This document shows, piece after piece, positions 1 through 8,102 of a stretch of 64,000 nucleotides of DNA. The DNA is from Verrucomicrobiia bacterium (GTDB lineage: Bacteria > Verrucomicrobiota > Verrucomicrobiia > Limisphaerales > UBA11358): NCBI GenBank assembly GCA_025451535.1, contig JANWKE010000054.1, positions 8,179 through 72,178 on the forward strand, in the 5' to 3' direction. The position numbers and the translations under genes were made by a program. The first letter of the stretch is position 1. Each line of letters starts with the position of its first letter. A model generated the notes under the pieces. That model was not told the DNA's origin. It worked only from the letters and a program-made list of their open reading frames with translations, and searched no databases.

Positions 1-110
1 TCACCGGCACCCGACCAGTAATTAGTGGTAATCGCTGAAGCGCTATTTGTTATGCAAATTGCTAATGCCGCGCCTGCCAAAGAATAGAGTTGTTTGTACG
101 TCTGTTTCAT
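1..110 (-). CDS. 5' end (36 codons) of a secreted protein that runs off the left edge
   Basis: The reverse complement of 1-110 reads MKQTYKQLYSLAGAALAICITNSASA/ITTNYWSGAG. This has a basic n-region, a hydrophobic core and an ASA-type cleavage site. The 'NYWSGAG' that follows resembles the N-terminus of the 4525-7977 protein (HWSGLGGDGLWGNPNNW). It is absent from the ORF track because there is no stop in the window. An AT-rich promoter-like stretch lies at 111-300. Confidence 0.5.
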   Translation of the reverse strand, partial: MKQTYKQLYSLAGAALAICITNSASAITTNYWSGAG

Positions 111-474
111 ATGTGTTGCTTTTGTTGTTTTACTTTAGAGTTATTCTAATTTACACGATTTTCAGGCATAAAAACAACGCCACTTTGCGTATAACAATCG
201 CCAAATCCCGCACGCCGTGGAGGCTTACATTCTCAAATTCCCCGCATTCCCCTCCAGGCAGGATTGAGCTGCCAGACATACTCAGGTTCGTTTAATAATG
301 AATTGTGCTCAAAATGCCACAAACCAATAAACGCACCCCATCGCCCATCACCAACGGGCGGGAGGGATGAGCGTGAGGGGGCGCGTCGCCAGAAGGTTTG
401 ATCTCAGCCAGGGTTTTCGTCGCACTTTGCTCGCTTATAAGTATAAAACCGGTCCTGCTCATCCGAGAGAGGGA

Positions 475-1524
475 TTACCGTTTATCCTCCAGTTTACGCC
501 AGGCAATGTCGGGCCAGCCGTTGGGATCCCAGCCCAGCGGCAGGATGGCCAGCATGGATTGACCGTGCCCGAGGCCATTGTAAAAATGGCAGCTGAACCA
601 GTCGGCGCCCTTTTCAGAATAAATGCCGGATTGGCCGGGACCGATGAATGGCCCGCGCGTGCTCAAAAAAGAGCTGCCCCCACCGGTAACTAAATCCGCT
701 CCACTCTTGTCCAGGTAGGGGCCGGTGATTTGCCGGCTGCGCCCGACGCGGATTTCGTACGTGCTGTTCGTGCCCCGGCAGCACAACCCCCAGTTCACAA
801 ACAGATAGTAATAATCATCGTGGTGATAAATATACGACGCCTCGATGGAATCGTTGAAGGCGAGCGAATATATCGGGGAGTCTGGAGCAATGCGCTTGCC
901 GGTATCAGGGTCCAGTTGGACCATTTTAATACCGCCCCAAAACGAACCGAAGGCAAGCCAAAGGCGGCCTTGGGCGTCCAGCGAAGCCGCCGGATCAATT
1001 GTGTTGAAGTCATCCTTGCTGGTCGATTGAACCACGAGTCCCTGATCCGACCATTTAAATTCGGGATCCGCAGGGTCAAGGGTGGGGCTGGTCGCCAGGC
1101 CGATGGCTGAATCATTTCTTCCGAACGACGAAACCGCGTAATAAAGCAAATAGCGATCACCCAGATGAATGATGTCCGGCGCCCAATAATAGATCCAATG
1201 ATTCCGCGGCACCGCCTTGGCCGTCCAGGCCGGGGCATTTGTAAAAACGGCGGGCCCGTGTTCCCATTTTATCATGTCCTTGGAGTGATAAGAGGGAATA
1301 CCGCGACCGGTGTAAAAAACCCAGTACTCGTCCTTGCATTTGGTGATGGCGGACGGGTCATGTACCCGCACGTCGCGGTTGCCGAGCATCGCGGGCGCCA
1401 CCGGAACGGTATTGGATTGAGTCTGCGCCTGGCTGGAGTGTGCCGAAAACAAAATCCCCGACGTCAAAGTGAGCACTTTGATTGCCCGTTTGAGACCTTC
1501 AGAATAATGTCGGATACGTTTCAT
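475..1524 (-). CDS. Glycoside hydrolase family 43, endo-alpha-1,5-L-arabinanase-like, secreted
   Basis: 349-aa ORF with signal peptide MKRIRHYSEGLKRAIKVLTLTSGILFSAHSSQAQ. GH43 propeller motifs: VHDPSAI, YWAPDIIH, SAIGLATS, IDPA, GSFWGGIKMVQLD, IEASYIYHHDDYYYLFVNWGLCC, STYEIRVGRS. The same catalytic module occurs in the 4525 and 8103 paralogs. Confidence 0.9.
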   Translation of the reverse strand: MKRIRHYSEGLKRAIKVLTLTSGILFSAHSSQAQTQSNTVPVAPAMLGNRDVRVHDPSAITKCKDEYWVFYTGRGIPSYHSKDMIKWEHGPAVFTNAPAWTAKAVPRNHWIYYWAPDIIHLGDRYLLYYAVSSFGRNDSAIGLATSPTLDPADPEFKWSDQGLVVQSTSKDDFNTIDPAASLDAQGRLWLAFGSFWGGIKMVQLDPDTGKRIAPDSPIYSLAFNDSIEASYIYHHDDYYYLFVNWGLCCRGTNSTYEIRVGRSRQITGPYLDKSGADLVTGGGSSFLSTRGPFIGPGQSGIYSEKGADWFSCHFYNGLGHGQSMLAILPLGWDPNGWPDIAWRKLEDKR

Positions 1525-1539
1525 GAGCGTTCAGCGAAA

Positions 1540-4488
1540 TCACCGTTGTTTCAAGCGGAAAAATTCGGACATTGGCGATTCCGGCACCTGGATGGGCGCG
1601 GCCTGATTGTCGTTGGTCGCCCACGGTCCCGCGAGATTCGTGGCTTCCAGCAGCGTGGCGTTGGTGACCGTCCAATAAATCAGATTTTCGTCCGGGTAAT
1701 GAGCCACGGCCAATTGCAGCGGACCGCCTGAGGAGGAGGCCACGGCAAAGAAGGCATTTGTGAGTGAATTCAACTGACCGTTGACGGGATGGCTCAAGGT
1801 CACACGGAAGAAAGCGCCGGGCGATAAGACGCTGACCGGCAGCGAAATGATTTGGTTGGTCTGGCCGGGCACGAAGGCGAGTGTGCCGTTGGTCACCACC
1901 GTACCATCCGGTGTCTCAACGGTGAAATCCACCGAAACTCCGTTGGTGATGAAGGAACTCAGATTGACGGCAATGCCGCCGGCCGACGGGTCGAGATAAT
2001 TCAGGTTGGTGCCGGCAGCCAGCCCCACCCGGACAGGTGATACCGGCGGTGTTTGGAACCGAATGACCGAAAGCGAATAGGCAGGCAGCGTGTGGCTAAA
2101 ATTTGTGGCGGCGTTGGGAATGAGGCCATTAACTGGAAACACATTGGTTGGACTGGCCAGTGAATTTTCGGCGAGCGAATTAGCGGAGGCCAATTGTTCC
2201 AGGCCGGCCTGCGGCGCCACCGACGGGAGCCCGTCCAGGTTGAACGTGGTGGTGATCGGGTTGCCGGTGACATTCACGGCTTTGAGAATAATCCGGCCGC
2301 TGGCCGGGGCGTAACTGGCCGAGGCATAAACCGGCTCGATGGCCGGATAGTTCACGTCCAGGACCAGCACGTTGTTGACATAACCCTGGATATGGGTGCC
2401 GTTGAGGACGATGCGGATGTCGTACCATTGGAGGGTTTGGACGGAACCAGGAACGCCCTGGCCGATGATGGACTTGGTGCCGTTGACCATCTGCTCGATG
2501 GCGGTCTGGGTGTTGTTCCAGCCGCCGACGTTGAACCAGGTCCAGTTATTGTCATCCAGCCAGTTGAACAAAATGAGGAAGCCTTCGCTGCCGCCGACCT
2601 TGCGAGCCTGGAGTGTGATGGTGTAATTGGCCCAGTTGGTGTTGCCGGTTGTCGAGCGGCAGTCGGTGGCGATGGTGGTTTGTTGATAAATCCCGCCGTT
2701 GACGGCCCAGTTGCCGTTGTGAACCCGCCAGCCGTTGGTGCCTGAATTGACGAAATCGCTCTGGTAGAGGGTCACGCCGTTGCTGGTAACGACGATGTTG
2801 GTATATTGCACCGACGTATTCCACGAGCCCAGACCGATGACGCCATGCGGCGGCACGTTCGTGCCCCCGGTAAAATTGAGGGTCAGGGGCAGGACTTCGT
2901 CGCCGCGATTCACGGAGAACATTTGTTGCACATAGCAGGAAGGCGTGCCGTAAACCTGCGAGTTGTTGAAGTAAATCAAATCCGGATTCCAATTCTTGTT
3001 GTTCAAGTTGGCGAACAACGGCGCATAGGAGGCCATGCTCACGATGTCGGCGTTGCGCTCCAGGCCGGTCATGAAGGCGGCTTCCCCCAGCGCGCCGATG
3101 AGGTTCCCGTTGCCGGCACCCGTGTTCACGGCATATTCGCCAACATAAATCTTCGGTCCGCTGCGACTGTAGCTGTCATATTTCGTGGCATTGGCCATGA
3201 AGAAGGTCGGATCCGAATAATAATGTTCATCGCTGATTTCCACCGGGCGCGAAACAGGCAGGCCACCCCAATTATCGGCGATGATATGGATATCGGGGTA
3301 ATTACTTTTGATTGCATCGTAAAAGAGCGCATAACGATCGTTGTAGGCGGAGCCGCCATTTTCATTGCCAATTTCGATATATTTCAAATTGAACGGCGCC
3401 GGATGCCCGGCGGCGGCCCGGAGCGCGCCCCAGGTTGAATTGGTCGGCCCGTTGGCATACTGGATCGCATCCAGCGCGTCCTGCACGTACGGTCCCATCG
3501 AGGCCAGGGGCACCGAATCGCCAACGGAAAAGACATCCATGCCGCAATTGATCACGAACAGCGGCTCCGTGCCGATGTCCTCGCACATTTGAAGGTACTC
3601 GTAATAGCCAAGCCCATTGTCCACGTAATAACCCCAGAGATTATGCTGGAGGCGGCGGTCGCCAACCGGGCCGATGGTCCGTTTCCAGGCATACATGTTG
3701 GTGAGGGAATCGCCGTTGACCCAACTGCCGCCTGGAAAACGCATGAAGGAGGGCTGTAGATTCACGAGCACGTTCGCCAGATCCGGCCGCAAACCGTTTG
3801 AACGATTGCGGAAAGTCTGCTGCGGAAAGAGTGAAACCACGTCCAGCCAAACCGATCCTGATTGTGATATCGCCAACGACAACCGCCCGGCGGTATCGCT
3901 GGCATTCGGGACCAGCGGCAGGGAAAAATACTGCCAGCTCGTCGTCAGGTTGCTGATCGTTCCCTGCGCGTACACCTGGCTGCCATTGGCACTCTGCAGA
4001 CTGGCGGTGAGCGCACCGGTAAAACCACCCGAACACCGGGCATAGAGGCCCAGACTGTAAGTCTGGCCGGCCTGGAAATTCATTCCCCAGTATCCGCCAT
4101 TGGCGACGCCGACGCTGCCCGAACCCGATGATTGAGCAAGCTTCAGCGAGAAAAGATTGCTCGCGCTTAGCGGCAGGGAAGAATCCGGGCTGATGGTGCC
4201 GATGCCGCCGCCAGAGGTAATCAGTTGCCAGTAATTCGTGTTGCCCGGCTCTTCGAACGAGCGGTTCCGAACCATTTCCGCGTAAATCCCGCCGTCGCCC
4301 GCGCTGTTGATTTCCTCACAAAAAATGCCGAAGAGATTGGGACTGATGGGCGCACCGGGCTGATTCGCCTGAATCGTCAGCGTGGCGGTCGTCTGCGCTT
4401 GCGCCGCAAACGCAGCGGCCAGCGTGGTCAGGACCATCCCGAGGTAAAAAGCCGGAAAGCTCTTTCGGAGCGGATTTATTTTTTGCAT
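1540..4488 (-). CDS. Alpha-L-arabinofuranosidase, GH51, with N-terminal CBM4_9-like module and extra C-terminal beta-sandwich domains
   Basis: 982-aa ORF with signal peptide ...AAAFAAQAQ. GH51 signatures: NRSFEE, MRFPGGSWVNGD..YAWKRTIGP, YIEIGNENGG (acid/base GNE), YVGEYAV (nucleophile region, plant/Bacteroidota type). Lies 15 nt upstream of the GH43 gene, so it is operon-like. Confidence 0.85.
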   Translation of the reverse strand: MQKINPLRKSFPAFYLGMVLTTLAAAFAAQAQTTATLTIQANQPGAPISPNLFGIFCEEINSAGDGGIYAEMVRNRSFEEPGNTNYWQLITSGGGIGTISPDSSLPLSASNLFSLKLAQSSGSGSVGVANGGYWGMNFQAGQTYSLGLYARCSGGFTGALTASLQSANGSQVYAQGTISNLTTSWQYFSLPLVPNASDTAGRLSLAISQSGSVWLDVVSLFPQQTFRNRSNGLRPDLANVLVNLQPSFMRFPGGSWVNGDSLTNMYAWKRTIGPVGDRRLQHNLWGYYVDNGLGYYEYLQMCEDIGTEPLFVINCGMDVFSVGDSVPLASMGPYVQDALDAIQYANGPTNSTWGALRAAAGHPAPFNLKYIEIGNENGGSAYNDRYALFYDAIKSNYPDIHIIADNWGGLPVSRPVEISDEHYYSDPTFFMANATKYDSYSRSGPKIYVGEYAVNTGAGNGNLIGALGEAAFMTGLERNADIVSMASYAPLFANLNNKNWNPDLIYFNNSQVYGTPSCYVQQMFSVNRGDEVLPLTLNFTGGTNVPPHGVIGLGSWNTSVQYTNIVVTSNGVTLYQSDFVNSGTNGWRVHNGNWAVNGGIYQQTTIATDCRSTTGNTNWANYTITLQARKVGGSEGFLILFNWLDDNNWTWFNVGGWNNTQTAIEQMVNGTKSIIGQGVPGSVQTLQWYDIRIVLNGTHIQGYVNNVLVLDVNYPAIEPVYASASYAPASGRIILKAVNVTGNPITTTFNLDGLPSVAPQAGLEQLASANSLAENSLASPTNVFPVNGLIPNAATNFSHTLPAYSLSVIRFQTPPVSPVRVGLAAGTNLNYLDPSAGGIAVNLSSFITNGVSVDFTVETPDGTVVTNGTLAFVPGQTNQIISLPVSVLSPGAFFRVTLSHPVNGQLNSLTNAFFAVASSSGGPLQLAVAHYPDENLIYWTVTNATLLEATNLAGPWATNDNQAAPIQVPESPMSEFFRLKQR

Positions 4489-4524
4489 AAAAAATGTGGG
4501 CTCCCGGCCGTTGCCTCGGGAAAA

Positions 4525-7500
4525 TCATCTAACCAAACGGATAAAGACTGCGTTATTTGTCATCGGCAGCGTCAGTCTCCATACATTGTTGCCGAGCGCC
4601 GGCGAAACCCCAATCGGAGACCAAACCGCGTTCGCGCCCAAAGCCGGACTGGACTGGGCCGTAAAGCCGATGGCGTAGGCCGGCCAGGTCAGCGTCAGGT
4701 TCGAGGCCGTAGCGGACATGCCGAGGCTGATCGGCAGCGCGAGCGCATTGGGCCCGGCCAGATCACTCGCCGCAAGTTGTGCCGGGGTCAGACGACCATC
4801 ATAAATGCGGAACTCGTCAATCGTAGCGTTGAGCGAGGCATCGGTGCCAAACAACGAGCGACCAATAAAAGACCACGCCGTACTGACACTGTTTAATGGC
4901 GGGGTCGCGTTGGTGGCCGTGTTGAGAAGAACTCCATTCGTGTAAATCGCGCTGTAGTTGTTCGCCGGATCCAGGACGCAATCCACCTGCAACGCAAGGT
5001 TGTCAAAGATTCCTGGTGTGTTGAGACTCGAGGCGCCGGCCGTTGTGGCCAGGCTTAGTTGTGCGTTGTTGGCGGCCGCGTGCGGACTGAAAGCCAGGTA
5101 GTTTTGGCCCGCAGAGTTGGAGCTGTCGCCAAAACTGAAAACGCGCGCCCAGCTTCCATTTGCGCCAAAGCCGGCCCAGAATTCGATCGTGGTGGCGGAA
5201 GAGCCGGAAACCAATCCACCCGGCAGATTCACGTAATCACCGGAAGCACCGGTAAGATTCAGCGCGTTATTCGTGATCGCCGCGTTGCCCTGAAGCATCC
5301 CATGCGCCATGCCGATGGAATCCCAGGCATTGGGTGCACCTGAAGTAAAGCTGTAGCGATGCGCCAGCGCCGGCGGGGCGTAAGCGAGGTCTTTGATTTC
5401 CGCGCCGCTCAAGGCCCGTCCAAAAATGCGAAACGAACTGATCTCACCGCCGAAAAGCGGATCGGCAAACTGGCTGTGGCCGATGTAGTTGGTCCTGGCC
5501 AGGGTCTGCCAGGGGCGGATGGTGAGGTTGTTGTTCGTGGCCACGGGAATTCCGTTCAGATAAAGCAATCCCTTCGCGCCATCCAGCGTGACGGCCACAT
5601 GGCACCAGGAATTCGTCGGCAGCGCGGACGGGGCATTAATCTGCTGCTCAGAACCATTGCCGTTGATGGTGATGGCAAAACGCATCGTGCCGGCCGACGA
5701 GCGCGGCGTGAGGAAAAAATAATTGGTCGTACCGGTGCCGAAATCAAAGACGCGCTGCCAGATTGCGCCGCCGTTCCATTTCACCCAGGCCGCGAAGGTG
5801 CTGGCATTGGCGACCGGGGCCGGCAACAAAACGTATTGGGTAGTGCCGTTGAGATTGAGCACATGGCCAAATCCAGGTTCGTTAGTGATGACCGCTCCGT
5901 TCTCCAACGCGCCATTGTAAAGTCCGCTGGCATCGCCGGCGTCAACGTTGAAGGGATAAAACGCACTCCAGTCATTCGTGAAAACCGGCCAGCCATCCAT
6001 ACTCCAGGTGAGCCAGCCGATTCCCAAAGTGGCCGTCCCGCCATTGTTGCCGTCGTAATAATGATAAGTGAACCAATTCGTGCCGTTGTCATTCAGGATG
6101 GCCGCGTGCCCGGGGCCGATAAAGCGGCCGGAGCTCTCCAGGAACATCGTGCCGCCACCGTTGGTCAGGTTGACGCCGGCCCTGTCATAATAGGGTCCGG
6201 TGACGCTGGCGCTGCGGCCCACGCGGATGTTGTAGGTGCTGTTAACGCCGGCACAGCAGCCGCCGAAATTCACGAATAAATAGTAATAGCCGCCGCGCTG
6301 GTAAAGACACGAGCCTTCTTCCGTGTTGCTGAAAAATGTCGGGCCATTGTTGGAAACGCGGTAAATCGGCGAATTGGCGGAGATACGTTTGCCGGTGACC
6401 GGATCGAGCTGCATCACCAGAATGCCGTCCGAGTAAGAGCCAAACGACATCCAGATCGTGCCGTTGGTATCCACGAGGATGCTCGGGTCGATACAATTAT
6501 AGGCCGTAAGGTCGGTATTGGTGGTTGTTTGTCCAACCGGGTTGGACTGGATGACTTTTCCCTGGTCTGTCCATGTCGGTGCGACGAGCGAGGGTGTGGT
6601 GACGAGTCCGATGGCGGAATTGATCGTGCCCCAATCGGAGCAGGCATAGTAGAGGTTATACCTGCCGTTGAAGTAAGCCTCGTCCGGCGCCCAGAAGTAT
6701 CCGTTGAAGCCCGGCACGGCATTCGTCGTCCACGCCGGCGGATTTCCCGGAAACACCGGGTAGGTATAATTCCAATTCCGCAGGTCCGTGGAATAAATGG
6801 CGCCGATGCCCTGACCGTCGCCGTATTCGAAATAGAAACTGCCATCCTTGATGATCGTGCCCGGATCATGCAGGAAGGCAAAACCCAGAACCGCTTGTTC
6901 CTGCGGCAGATAAGGGACGGGGTTGGCATTGGACACCACGGTCACGGTAACCGAATTGGTGCTGGAGAACGCGCCCAAGGCAGCGGTCAGGGTCGCACTT
7001 CCCGCAGTGACGGCAGCTACAAGGCCGTTGGTGTCCACCGCCAGAACATCCGGATTACTGGATTGGTAAATAATCGTTCCGGGCAGCGTGGCCGGATCCA
7101 ACGCGGTCAGAACCGCATTCTGAACATTCGGGTAATCGCCCAACACCGGTAAAGGCTGGGACATGCCCAGCGTCACGTTGGTGGGAAATGAACCGAGGTG
7201 TATGCCCTGCAGGGACCCGCCGAGGAGAACCGTGGTCACACGCGTTCTGTCCGGAACGGCAGTTTCGTCGATGATGATATCCGATGTATCCTGCGCCTTT
7301 CCGTACGCGAGCAAAATACCCCGTGAAATCCAGTTATTGACCGTGCTGGTAAAGGAACCCGGCAGCAGCAGTTCACCGCCGGTCAGGTTCATCGATCGGG
7401 TCGCATCCGATACCGCATCCACCGTCTGGACAGTAACTCCACTGGCAATACTTAAGGTACCACCGTACAAATTCACATGGCCGCCCCAATACAGGTAGTT

Positions 7501-7977
7501 GACGTTGGCTGACGCACTGCCATACATGTTCACCGTCACATACGGCCCACCGGAATACCACCAGGTGTCACCCAGCGCCAGCCCGACGCCGGTCACTGAA
7601 GAACCGTTAAACAAATTGACAATGCTGGGGTGCGTCGGGTCGTTTTGTACCGGCGCCAGGTAATTGCGCCAGTTCAGCGTGCCATAAACGTTGAGGCCGG
7701 CGCCAAACTCCGGGCCATAAACCATGTCGCCAGTTCCGCTGCCGGGGCTTTCGACCTCGCCGTTGGTAATCGTCATCACTGACCAGCCATTGGCGGAATC
7801 CAGCCACACATTGGCATCCACACTGGATGACGGCACCCCCACGGGATTCCAGTTGTTCGGGTTGCCCCACAAGCCATCCCCGCCCAAGCCTGACCAGTGT
7901 GAATCCTGGGCGGAAACGTTGTGAATCGCGCAGACCGCCAGAACAACAGAGATTGCAACACCGATGCTTGCTTTCAT
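4525..7977 (-). CDS. Secreted GH43 arabinanase-like enzyme with Ig-like domain and two LamG (concanavalin-like lectin) domains
   Basis: The ORF-track start at 7995 is TTG. The ATG at 7977 gives the signal peptide MKASIGVAISVVLAVCAIHNVSA. GH43 motifs: FLHDPGTIIKDGSFYF, FWAPDEAYF, SAIGLVTTP, IDPSI, GSYSDGILVMQLD, YYYLFVNFGGCC. Two LamG_3-like repeats: WVKWNGGAIWQRVFDFGTGTTNYFFLTP and FWAGFGANGSWARVFSFGDS. Confidence 0.85.
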   Translation of the reverse strand: MKASIGVAISVVLAVCAIHNVSAQDSHWSGLGGDGLWGNPNNWNPVGVPSSSVDANVWLDSANGWSVMTITNGEVESPGSGTGDMVYGPEFGAGLNVYGTLNWRNYLAPVQNDPTHPSIVNLFNGSSVTGVGLALGDTWWYSGGPYVTVNMYGSASANVNYLYWGGHVNLYGGTLSIASGVTVQTVDAVSDATRSMNLTGGELLLPGSFTSTVNNWISRGILLAYGKAQDTSDIIIDETAVPDRTRVTTVLLGGSLQGIHLGSFPTNVTLGMSQPLPVLGDYPNVQNAVLTALDPATLPGTIIYQSSNPDVLAVDTNGLVAAVTAGSATLTAALGAFSSTNSVTVTVVSNANPVPYLPQEQAVLGFAFLHDPGTIIKDGSFYFEYGDGQGIGAIYSTDLRNWNYTYPVFPGNPPAWTTNAVPGFNGYFWAPDEAYFNGRYNLYYACSDWGTINSAIGLVTTPSLVAPTWTDQGKVIQSNPVGQTTTNTDLTAYNCIDPSILVDTNGTIWMSFGSYSDGILVMQLDPVTGKRISANSPIYRVSNNGPTFFSNTEEGSCLYQRGGYYYLFVNFGGCCAGVNSTYNIRVGRSASVTGPYYDRAGVNLTNGGGTMFLESSGRFIGPGHAAILNDNGTNWFTYHYYDGNNGGTATLGIGWLTWSMDGWPVFTNDWSAFYPFNVDAGDASGLYNGALENGAVITNEPGFGHVLNLNGTTQYVLLPAPVANASTFAAWVKWNGGAIWQRVFDFGTGTTNYFFLTPRSSAGTMRFAITINGNGSEQQINAPSALPTNSWCHVAVTLDGAKGLLYLNGIPVATNNNLTIRPWQTLARTNYIGHSQFADPLFGGEISSFRIFGRALSGAEIKDLAYAPPALAHRYSFTSGAPNAWDSIGMAHGMLQGNAAITNNALNLTGASGDYVNLPGGLVSGSSATTIEFWAGFGANGSWARVFSFGDSSNSAGQNYLAFSPHAAANNAQLSLATTAGASSLNTPGIFDNLALQVDCVLDPANNYSAIYTNGVLLNTATNATPPLNSVSTAWSFIGRSLFGTDASLNATIDEFRIYDGRLTPAQLAASDLAGPNALALPISLGMSATASNLTLTWPAYAIGFTAQSSPALGANAVWSPIGVSPALGNNVWRLTLPMTNNAVFIRLVR

Positions 7978-8068
7978 TTTTACTGTCTTGACCAAACTTG
8001 CCCTTGCGAGCAGTCCGTGAAAACGCCCAGGCTCAAACCCAGCATTCCAGCGAGGAACGATTCAAATT

Positions 8069-8092
8069 TCCTGCTTTCATCCTGAAGCAGGA
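8069..8092 (-). terminator. Weak hairpin downstream of the 8103-10943 gene
   Basis: TCCTGCTT / tcatcctg / AAGCAGGA forms an 8-bp stem. On the minus strand it is followed by AATTTGAAT, which is only moderately U-rich. Confidence 0.35.
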
Positions 8093-8102
8093 AGGCCAAT
8101 CA

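Noticed and set aside
111-300. AT-rich 190-bp stretch, unusual for this GC-rich window.
   Set aside because: It is most simply the promoter and 5' region of the partial minus-strand gene at 1-110. The ORF across it (47-295, +) is a low-complexity artefact.
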